From IMG/VR virus record IMGVR_UViG_3300032117_000007: 64,000 nucleotides of DNA; one strand, given 5' to 3'. A program made the position numbers and the translations under genes. Under the pieces are notes generated by a model, which was not told the origin of the DNA, did not search any database, and worked only from the letters and a program-made list of their open reading frames with translations. This document shows positions 19,427-26,354 of the stretch, one piece after another. Numbering within the stretch: the stretch's first letter is position 1; each line of letters starts with the position of its first letter. This DNA comes from an uncultured virus (IMG/VR IMGVR_UViG_3300032117_000007). Lineage: Duplodnaviria; Heunggongvirae; Uroviricota; Caudoviricetes.

Positions 19427-19635
19427 CTTAGATTATCTTTAATCTGAACCTCAACCTGATTCAAGACGCGATCCCTGACCTGATACCTGACCTGATGCAA
19501 GACCTGATTCAAGACGCGATCCCTGACCTGATACCTGACCGGACCCCAGACCCGATCCCTGACCTGATGCAAGACCTGATACCTGACCGGACCCCAGACC
19601 TGATACCTGACGCTATCAATACTATTCTTCACCAT
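19420..19635 (-). CDS. QV-repeat mini-protein, 71 aa
   Basis: MVKNSIDS...DNLRW. Confidence 0.7.
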   Translation of the reverse strand: MVKNSIDSVRYQVWGPVRYQVLHQVRDRVWGPVRYQVRDRVLNQVLHQVRYQVRDRVLNQVEVQIKDNLRW

Positions 19636-19763
19636 CTTAGATCATCTCCAATTTGATCCCAGCCCCGATCCAAGATCTGATACCAGACCTGATACCTGAC
19701 CTGATACTTGACTTGGTCCCAAATCTGATCTCTGATTGCTTGCTGGATAACATTTTGTCTCAT
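19629..19763 (-). CDS. First QV-array unit, 44 aa (MRQNVIQQ...DDLRW)
   Basis: ATG at 19763 after GAAGG; the longer ORF-track call runs through a terminator. Confidence 0.65.
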   Translation of the reverse strand: MRQNVIQQAIRDQIWDQVKYQVRYQVWYQILDRGWDQIGDDLRW

Positions 19764-19779
19764 ATCAAAAACCTTCAAT

Positions 19780-19803
19780 AAAAAACCGGGGATTTCTCCC
19801 CGG
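19780..19803 (-). terminator. Rho-independent terminator
   Basis: CCGGGGA-GAAA-TCCCCGG stem-loop followed by TTTTTT on the minus strand. Confidence 0.85.
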
Positions 19804-19813
19804 CTCTTCAATG

Positions 19814-20164
19814 TTAGTCGGCAGCCTTTCGCCATCCCTCTGGCGTATATTCTCGCTGTCGCCGAATACGGTAAATGCCAGGATCAACCATAATTGACTC
19901 GTGGGTGTGATAACTCCGCAGATGTTCAATCGGAGTAGGTGCTTCCACATTCAAGAACAATTCGTAGATATCCTGACCACTATCAACCTCAAGTTCATAT
20001 GCCTTGACTCGAGAAGCTTCCATCACGTGATTGTGACCCGTCTCAGAGTGAGCAACCACAATCTGGCCTTGCTCAGGAGCCACAGCCTTGATATTAGTAG
20101 GCAATTCTGCAATCTTAATGATAACAAAATCACCCTGGGCAGCCATCTTAGTAAAAGTACGCAT
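19814..20164 (-). CDS. Small His-motif protein, probable partner of DUF6745
   Basis: QGDF...AHSETGHNH...HLRSYHTH...PGIYRIRRQREYTP...AD. Confidence 0.7.
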   Translation of the reverse strand: MRTFTKMAAQGDFVIIKIAELPTNIKAVAPEQGQIVVAHSETGHNHVMEASRVKAYELEVDSGQDIYELFLNVEAPTPIEHLRSYHTHESIMVDPGIYRIRRQREYTPEGWRKAAD

Positions 20165-20197
20165 TTTGTAATCCTTTCAATATTGGTTTATAGTCTC

Positions 20198-20225
20198 ATT
20201 ATAACACATTAGGAAAATTTGTCAA
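20198..20225 (-). promoter_or_regulatory. Strong sigma70-type early promoter
   Basis: TTGACA-16 bp-TATAAT with extended -10 TG. Confidence 0.75.
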
Positions 20226-20784
20226 CAATTATTTTCCTAATCTTTTCCTTGTCGTATTTAATAAATGGTGTGTATTTCTTAAACTTAAGAGAGAATGTTT
20301 CCCATATTGGATTGTCCTTGAGCATCTTATTCCAATATTTCATACATCCTGTTAAATCAGAAAGAACACATATAGTTTCTAAGGAGATTTGTTTACCCAA
20401 ATACAAATTAAAAATATATGGTGGTTGATTATCAATTACAGCAAAATTCGAATTAAAATCATCATTAAATTTTGATAAGTCATTTGTTATAAGATATGTA
20501 AGTGATTGAGTTTTTTTGATCCATTCACTATATATGGTTTCAGCTTCCTCGGAGTATACTATATCTTTAACCCATGCAGTATCTTTTTCTACAAAATTTG
20601 AAAGCATCAAATCGTGTGGATCTTTATGTTTTGATAACTTTTCAAAGAAAATTTTATCTTTTCTTTTATTAAAACTATCCAATGAAGCAGATGATTTACC
20701 AGAATATCTGTGATAATCATAAGTTTTGCTTTGAAAATGATTCTTCAAAGCAAGATAGTCTTTATAGCATTCAAACGGTGTCAT
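20209..20784 (-). CDS. 59: Helicase loader gp59
   Basis: YLALKNHF..YDY..Y.GK...F.KRKDK.FFEKL; ISLET; follows gp33. Confidence 0.88.
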   Translation of the reverse strand: MTPFECYKDYLALKNHFQSKTYDYHRYSGKSSASLDSFNKRKDKIFFEKLSKHKDPHDLMLSNFVEKDTAWVKDIVYSEEAETIYSEWIKKTQSLTYLITNDLSKFNDDFNSNFAVIDNQPPYIFNLYLGKQISLETICVLSDLTGCMKYWNKMLKDNPIWETFSLKFKKYTPFIKYDKEKIRKIIVDKFS

Positions 20785-21011
20785 ATAGGTAGCTGTGCGG
20801 TCTTCTTAAGAATATTTAAAGATTCTGCTTCTGCTTGTATCTTTAATTTAATAATAGAATCCTTCTTAATAAGAGCAGCAGCATATTCAACATCGAGTTC
20901 ATGGTTCTCACACCAATGTACTACAGCATCAATGTAATCCATTTTCTTCTCAAGCCGAATGGATTCTATATCAGATATGAATGTGGTATTATGTTCTAAA
21001 ACTGGCATCAA
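20781..21011 (-). CDS. 33: Late-transcription coactivator gp33
   Basis: YIDAVVHWCE...IKLKIQAEAExLN...LPI. Confidence 0.88.
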   Translation of the reverse strand: MMPVLEHNTTFISDIESIRLEKKMDYIDAVVHWCENHELDVEYAAALIKKDSIIKLKIQAEAESLNILKKTAQLPI

Positions 21012-21016
21012 ATCTC

Positions 21017-22156
21017 CTATATTGCTTTAAGTAGAATGGTATCTTCATTGATCCGCTTTTGTAGCGCACCAACATTCAATTCCTTCATGAGTTTGTCTAG
21101 AACCCTTTTACCACCATTTTGTAATTTTGTCAATAGGTCATCGGCCTTTCTACCGAATCGGAACGTTTTACTTTTGTTCTCATCATATTTCGTGATGGTT
21201 ACTCCCTTAACGTCCAATCCTCCGCGGTCTAGTGCATAGAATACGGTAGCCGTTTTATATCTGGTATTAAAGAGCCAGAATTCCTGAGCACCAACCAATT
21301 TCTCTGGAGCAATAGAAACCAATTTAAATTCCTTGCTTTCCTTAAGATACTTTACATTCTTAAGTTTTTTATCCAAAGAAACTGGTCGGGGCTTTCGTAT
21401 CTGAACATTCTTCTTTTTAGTATTTGAAGAATATTTTTCTGCATCAGATACAACGGAAGTGTAGAATGTCGACCGTTCCTTATGTTGTTCTTTCGTGTAT
21501 GAATAACCTTCTGCAAGAGATGCAGGACAACCCTTAGATGCAAGGATTACTGCCTCATCTGCAATAGGTTTATAATATTCTGCGACTCTGAGTGCCAAAT
21601 TAGGCGGCAATTCATGTTTCTGCAGAGTTTCATACATTGATACAGACCAACCAGATGTGTCGATCATTTTCTCAAACATAGCAATAAAATCAGAAACACG
21701 ATCAGTAATACGATCCTGAATTGAAGGTTTTTCTTTTACTTCTTCTGATTTAAGTTCTTCTTTATCTTTGAGATGCTTATAACTTTCCTTGATATACCTA
21801 TCAAGTTGTTCATAACGAACTTCAGGGAGCTTGGCGCCACGTGTAATCATCCTGGCAATCCAACCAGCATTTACAGGGAACCAAGTATCCGAGACGTTTT
21901 TCATTTTCTTGGCATCTTCAGTACGATTTACGTTCCGAAGATATGCATCCAGATACTTACGAGCATCATCCCTAGTACACATATAGTGATACCAGTTCTG
22001 TGCTCTGCCATAAGCAATATCATCAAGAAAAGAAGTGGATTGGAATAATGGCTCATCGCCCATGTACTTAGAATTGATGAGTTGTGTTTCAGTAAAGGTT
22101 AACTTTACTTTTTTCATCTTCTTTGCAGCAAGACTAGGTACTGGACGACGAGCCAT
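21017..22156 (-). CDS. Conserved T4-like hypothetical protein
   Basis: 379 aa; LVSIxPxKLVGAxExWLFNTRYK...RINEDTILLK. Confidence 0.7.
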   Translation of the reverse strand: MARRPVPSLAAKKMKKVKLTFTETQLINSKYMGDEPLFQSTSFLDDIAYGRAQNWYHYMCTRDDARKYLDAYLRNVNRTEDAKKMKNVSDTWFPVNAGWIARMITRGAKLPEVRYEQLDRYIKESYKHLKDKEELKSEEVKEKPSIQDRITDRVSDFIAMFEKMIDTSGWSVSMYETLQKHELPPNLALRVAEYYKPIADEAVILASKGCPASLAEGYSYTKEQHKERSTFYTSVVSDAEKYSSNTKKKNVQIRKPRPVSLDKKLKNVKYLKESKEFKLVSIAPEKLVGAQEFWLFNTRYKTATVFYALDRGGLDVKGVTITKYDENKSKTFRFGRKADDLLTKLQNGGKRVLDKLMKELNVGALQKRINEDTILLKAI

Positions 22157-22215
22157 GATATATCCTCTATCAGCGTATATTGTATATTATATCAAATAAA
22201 AGGAAATGTCAAGGG

Positions 22216-22449
22216 TTAATTTAGGTTTACAATGCTATCTTTCAAATTTTCTTCATCAACAAGCTCAAGATGACGATTATTTGTATTTAAAACATATCCG
22301 ATAGCAGTAAGAAGTTGCTCGAATTTCTCCAGATGAACATCGTACGTATCTTCATCTGAAGCAAAATATGTATGAGAATAATTCTCAAGCATATGCTGCT
22401 CCTTATCGTCAAGACGTTCAAATGATAGAGTCACTCTGATATTGTTCAT
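22216..22449 (-). CDS. Hypothetical protein
   Basis: 77-aa ORF with AAAGGAA RBS. Confidence 0.55.
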   Translation of the reverse strand: MNNIRVTLSFERLDDKEQHMLENYSHTYFASDEDTYDVHLEKFEQLLTAIGYVLNTNNRHLELVDEENLKDSIVNLN

Positions 22450-22469
22450 TTTAATTCCTTTCTATTAAA

Positions 22470-23429
22470 TTAGGCGGCTTCTGCCATTTCAATGGCAGTT
22501 TCAAGGGCATGGGTTTTCAGGTTCCGATTAGAACCATACCATGCCGATTGCAGACGGTTTTCCTGACTCCGACCGGCAAGATGATCGGTGTAATACGTAG
22601 TGGCATTAAATAGCTGCCAAAAGGTACCACGAGCATATTCTGCACCAGGCTGAGTATCGACAATTTCAAGAACTGTCTTAGCGGGCTTGGACAATTCCTT
22701 CTTGGAATCCGTCTTAGATGTAGCAACCGGGAACACACGCTTGAAGTATTCAACCATGTTCTCGTTTGTGTAACGCTTTTGACCCAAGAATTGAGCCATT
22801 TCCTTATACTTGGCAAGCTTGTCGGCGGCAACACCGAGCATTAGCTTGACAGAGTCGCCGTTGAATTCACGACGATGCGAAAACTTGACCATCCGCTCAA
22901 CCTTGGTATTCAAGGAAAGTGTCAGGGTATTGTTACACACCACACGGATCGGGGTAAACCGAACGTCGGTAGAAAAGCCATATTTGTGGAAATTCGAGAA
23001 GTGAAGATACGATTCCACTTCATCACCCTTGAAAAGGGAAAAGCCGTCCTTGACCTTTGCAAGCGCCCAGACAATTTGGCCATCCTTCAGCGACCCTGCC
23101 GTGTGCATTTCCATGTCACCTTCGGCAATAAAGTCGTTGAAGAATTCAAATGCTTCCGAATTTTGAACGGGATTCCAGTCATCAGAAACAATGTCAAGAA
23201 TTGTATTATCAGAGGTGCGTACCAGAGCAGACCGACCGACGGAAACGTCCTTACCGCCGACGTTAGCAAAGGCCGGGATCTTCTCGACCTTCCAATTTAG
23301 GTCTGCTGCCTCGAGCATCTGCTCGGGGGTCAGGTCATCGGGGACGCAAGTGCCCAGACCATGCCAAGGTGTAGGTCCAGCATAAGCCATAGAGGCCTTG
23401 CCATTCTTAATTTCAAGTTCGTGTGCCAT
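22470..23429 (-). CDS. DUF932 / phage-plasmid TIGR03299-like protein
   Basis: MAHELE, PWHGLG, ADLNWKV, PVQN, TAGSL, TPIRVVCNNTL, GTxWQxFNAxT. Confidence 0.85.
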   Translation of the reverse strand: MAHELEIKNGKASMAYAGPTPWHGLGTCVPDDLTPEQMLEAADLNWKVEKIPAFANVGGKDVSVGRSALVRTSDNTILDIVSDDWNPVQNSEAFEFFNDFIAEGDMEMHTAGSLKDGQIVWALAKVKDGFSLFKGDEVESYLHFSNFHKYGFSTDVRFTPIRVVCNNTLTLSLNTKVERMVKFSHRREFNGDSVKLMLGVAADKLAKYKEMAQFLGQKRYTNENMVEYFKRVFPVATSKTDSKKELSKPAKTVLEIVDTQPGAEYARGTFWQLFNATTYYTDHLAGRSQENRLQSAWYGSNRNLKTHALETAIEMAEAA

Positions 23430-23464
23430 TTTAACCCTTCACTGTAGTTGTTAATTACAAAACA

Positions 23465-23493
23465 AATATATCATATAAAATAAAATAAGTCAA
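23465..23493 (-). promoter_or_regulatory. Sigma70-type early promoter
   Basis: TTGACT-17 bp-TATATT with TG extension, upstream of the DUF932 gene. Confidence 0.65.
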
Positions 23494-23714
23494 TCGTTTT
23501 TTAATTATTTCATCAAACCCCATGTAACTTTTTTAATGTCAAAAAAATGAACTCATTAACTAGGTCATCATGCATTTTTTGCGCTACTGACTTCTTAAGA
23601 TTTGTGCGCCGAGCAACACGGCCGTCATTAAGTACAATTTCAACGTAGTACATCATTAAGAACCTCTCAACATCATAGTTGGATCTTAACCTATTTTTAA
23701 AAATAAGTCAACCC

Positions 23715-23951
23715 CTATTTTTTGGCCAGCCATTCGGGCATAGTGATCCGGGCCCGTCGGACGGCGATCGGCCCGAGAGGGCGACCTTTCCGATCCTTAC
23801 CGCCAGGTACCAGGTACTCGTCGGAGATATACTCCACCGAGCAGAGGCTTTTGGGGCGATATTCACCGCCCAGGATACACCACCCCTTGGCAGTTTCATT
23901 GCCTGGGACAAGGAGGGTCTCGAAGGTAACCAATTGTCGCTTCATCATCAT
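23715..23951 (-). CDS. Hypothetical early protein (MMMKRQL...ITMPEWLAKK)
   Basis: Starts inside the left 55-bp inverted repeat, just after its promoter; GC-rich coding. Confidence 0.6.
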   Translation of the reverse strand: MMMKRQLVTFETLLVPGNETAKGWCILGGEYRPKSLCSVEYISDEYLVPGGKDRKGRPLGPIAVRRARITMPEWLAKK

Positions 23952-23988
23952 ATATGCATCTTATACCAATTAAAGAAAAAAGTCAAAC
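23934..23988 (-). repeat. 55-bp perfect inverted repeat, left copy (promoter plus start codons)
   Basis: Reverse complement is identical to 24379-24433; contains TTGACT-17-TATAAG and ATGATGATGAAGCGACAA. Confidence 0.92.
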
Positions 23989-23994
23989 TAATCA

Positions 23995-24372
23995 TATCAA
24001 TACGTTAGTGCTAACCCATTGATTTTATTAAGAAAATATTTTCAACTTTTTTAAAAAAAATATTTCCCAATTATATCAACACGTTATGTGAGAGACGATG
24101 CTAGAGGTTTCTAGGCTGTATAAACCCACACTTAGCATGCTTAGTATCGTTAGAATTGGGCACTTCCGGCTAACGTATTGATTCTATTAGTATTCTCTGG
24201 CTTCGACCTATAGCCTAACGTATTGATATGATTGGAGAATTTTGAGAAATTCCCAGGAACGTCGACGAGGTCGAGGTGCTAACCTATTGATTCTATTAGA
24301 ACGAAAAAAGGTTTAAAAAATTTACTTTTTTATTCCCATTCATATCAATACGTTAGTGCTAACCCATTGATT
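23995..24372. promoter_or_regulatory. Cluster of eight IHF-consensus sites (WATCAANNNNTTR)
   Basis: Plus strand at 23995, 24074 and 24343; minus strand at about 24012, 24171, 24216, 24280 and 24360; non-coding with A/T tracts. Confidence 0.65.
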
Positions 24373-24378
24373 TCCTTG

Positions 24379-24433
24379 GTTTGACTTTTTTCTTTAATTG
24401 GTATAAGATGCATATATGATGATGAAGCGACAA
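24379..24433 (+). repeat. 55-bp perfect inverted repeat, right copy
   Basis: GTTTGACTTTTTTCTTTAATTGGTATAAGATGCATATATGATGATGAAGCGACAA. Confidence 0.92.
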
Positions 24434-24571
24434 ATGTTTGACCTGGTTTTCTTTACCTGCCGCGATGCCCTCCTGGGCGCCGCCCTCTCGGCCGCGGTGT
24501 TCTGCGCCGCTTTGCGCTACGGTGGGGCTAACGCCCTGCCCATCTTCTTCGAACTTTTGTTTAAAAACTGA
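24416..24571 (+). CDS. Small hydrophobic early protein, 51 aa (MMMKRQMFDLVFF...), not in the ORF track
   Basis: Starts in the right inverted repeat; possible TM segment ALLGAALSAAVFCAAL. Confidence 0.55.
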   Translation: MMMKRQMFDLVFFTCRDALLGAALSAAVFCAALRYGGANALPIFFELLFKN

Positions 24572-24640
24572 CCGGTATGGGGTTGACTTATTTCTCGGAA
24601 TAAGTTAAGATGCATATATGATGGTTTGAAAGGGTTTCTA

Positions 24641-25513
24641 ATGCCTCGTGGCGTTCCTAAGTCTGGTTTTCGTAATACCAAGAATAACATTGCTCGGATG
24701 ATGACCGTGCGATCTGACGTTCCGGCCGAACCGCTGGTCGTCGAGTCTGACTCTGATATTGAGGTCAAGCTGCAAGAACGGTTTGACGTCCTTTCGATGA
24801 TGACGGATGCCGCCATCGCCGGTGACGTTCGTGCCCTGGTTGTGTCTGGTCCGGCTGGTCTAGGCAAGTCATTCACCGTCGAAAAGGCGCTCGAGCTGCA
24901 TGATCCGTCTGAGGCTAATCATCGGATCGTGAAGGGTTACGTTCGGGCCCCTGGCTTGTTCAAACTGCTGTATCAGCACCGTCAGGCAGGCAAAGTGCTT
25001 GTGTTCGATGATGCTGACGCCATTTGGTTCGATGACGTCTCGATTAATCTGCTCAAGGCCGTGTGTGACAGCAACGACAAACGTATCGTATCATACATCA
25101 CCGAAGGTGCTTTGGTCGACGAAGAGTCTGCCGAACTTCTGCCCAAGAGCTTTCAGTTCGACGGCACGATCATTTTCATCACGAACCACGATTTCGATGC
25201 AATGATCGACCGCGGTGACAAACGTGCGCCTCATATGCAGGCCATGATGTCTCGCGCGCATTATATCGACCTTGCCATGAAAACCACACGCGATTACCTG
25301 ATCCGTATTCGTCAAGTCGTGCGCGATGGTCTCCTCGAGAATATCGGTCTGGATAAAACTGGTCAGTCTGATGTTCTTGCATACGTCGAGGATAATCACA
25401 ACAAATTGCGTGAACTTTCTCTCCGTATGGTTCTTAAAATTGGTAAGATCCGTAAGACAAATGCGACCAATTGGCGTAAAATTGTCAAGATCACCTGCAC
25501 GAAGGGGGTTTAA
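24641..25513 (+). CDS. P-loop (AAA-like) ATPase
   Basis: Walker A GPAGLGKS, Walker B VLVFDDAD, IIFITN; likely start MPRGVPKSGFR after AAAGGG; own promoter at about 24583. Confidence 0.8.
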   Translation: MPRGVPKSGFRNTKNNIARMMTVRSDVPAEPLVVESDSDIEVKLQERFDVLSMMTDAAIAGDVRALVVSGPAGLGKSFTVEKALELHDPSEANHRIVKGYVRAPGLFKLLYQHRQAGKVLVFDDADAIWFDDVSINLLKAVCDSNDKRIVSYITEGALVDEESAELLPKSFQFDGTIIFITNHDFDAMIDRGDKRAPHMQAMMSRAHYIDLAMKTTRDYLIRIRQVVRDGLLENIGLDKTGQSDVLAYVEDNHNKLRELSLRMVLKIGKIRKTNATNWRKIVKITCTKGV

Positions 25514-25514
25514 T

Positions 25515-25712
25515 ATGAACAAGAATATTTCCGCGATTGTTTCCCATATTATGGGGATTGCTGAGACTACACCAGATGACCGTGAGTCTGTGAAACTTTC
25601 CAGACTTGCAAATCGTCTGATGCATCAGGGTGCGCCATTTGAGGCGCCTCTTACAACTTCAGAAATTGCAGATGTTATGTTTTATCTAAAAGGTTCTTCT
25701 GCTCCGTGCTAG
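25515..25712 (+). CDS. Hypothetical protein, 65 aa
   Basis: ATG right after the ATPase stop, with AAGGGGG RBS. Confidence 0.55.
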   Translation: MNKNISAIVSHIMGIAETTPDDRESVKLSRLANRLMHQGAPFEAPLTTSEIADVMFYLKGSSAPC

Positions 25713-25797
25713 AAAGGTTTGGTAGATACAATGATGGCATTCACTATTACTACTTTCTTAAAGGATAATTGCTTTGACTTTGCTTTTGTGAGGTGTC

Positions 25798-25911
25798 ATG
25801 TTTGTTTCCAAGTATGGGGAAAAGTCAACGAAGGTGTTTTTGATCATAGAACAAGTCATATTTCAATTAATTGAAATATTTGATCAAGTTAGGGATGATC
25901 TGAGATGGTAA
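25798..25911 (+). CDS. First right-array unit, 37 aa (MFVSKYG...DQVRDDLRW)
   Basis: GAGGTG RBS; ends in the conserved junction. Confidence 0.55.
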   Translation: MFVSKYGEKSTKVFLIIEQVIFQLIEIFDQVRDDLRW

Positions 25912-26075
25912 AGAACGAGATTAGGCGTATGAACACAAATCAGGCCTTGGATCAAGTCAATCGTCATGTCTGGCATCCAGTCTGGTATCAGGTCAGATAT
26001 CAGGTCTGGGATCAGGTCTGGTATCAGGTCTGGGATCAGGTCTGGGATCAGGTCGAGGATGATCTAAGATGGTAA
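25905..26075 (+). CDS. QV-repeat mini-protein, 56 aa, not in the ORF track
   Basis: MVKNEIRR...QVWDQVWDQVEDDLRW. Confidence 0.7.
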   Translation: MVKNEIRRMNTNQALDQVNRHVWHPVWYQVRYQVWDQVWYQVWDQVWDQVEDDLRW

Positions 26076-26284
26076 TGAATAGAATTAAGAAAGTTAGGAA
26101 TCAGGTCAGATATCAGGTCTATAATCAGGTCTATAATCAGGTCAGATATCAGGTCTGGGATCAGGTCTGGGATCAGGTCAGATATCAGGTCTATAATCAG
26201 GTCAGGAATCAGGTCTGGGATCAGGTCAGGAATCAGGTCTGGGATCAGGTCAGGTGGCAGTTTGAAAATGATCTAAGATGGTGA
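26069..26284 (+). CDS. QV-repeat mini-protein, 71 aa
   Basis: MVMNRIKK-(QVxx)n-NDLRW. Confidence 0.7.
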   Translation: MVMNRIKKVRNQVRYQVYNQVYNQVRYQVWDQVWDQVRYQVYNQVRNQVWDQVRNQVWDQVRWQFENDLRW

Positions 26285-26292
26285 AAAAACCA

Positions 26293-26321
26293 TTGACAAT
26301 ATCAGCAACCAATGGTATTAT
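26293..26321 (+). promoter_or_regulatory. Sigma70-type promoter for the DUF6745 gene
   Basis: TTGACA-17 bp-TATTAT with TG extension. Confidence 0.75.
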
Positions 26322-26354
26322 GCCTTTATTGAAACACTGTGAAAGGAACTTAAA

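Larger units (their letters stand above)
18170..19763 (-). repeat. Left array of nine chained mini-ORFs built mostly from a 12-bp unit (ATCAGGTC+N4; QVxx) with conserved GATCTRAGATGGTRA-like junctions
   Basis: Units at 19629-19763, 19420-19635, 19199-19426, 19014-19205, 18889-19020, 18644-18895, 18447-18650, 18271-18453 and 18170-18277; each overlaps the next by 7 nt. Confidence 0.9.

Noticed and set aside
18652..19447. Alternative-frame ORFs (IRSG)n at 18652-18879 and (DLIP)n at 19223-19447
   Set aside because: By-products of a stop-free 12-bp repeat; only the QV frame has conserved termini and coupled junctions
18170..19763. QV arrays as a CRISPR array
   Set aside because: The junction motif is only about 15 nt and degenerate, the intervening sequences are themselves repetitive and keep open reading frames, and there are no cas genes in the window
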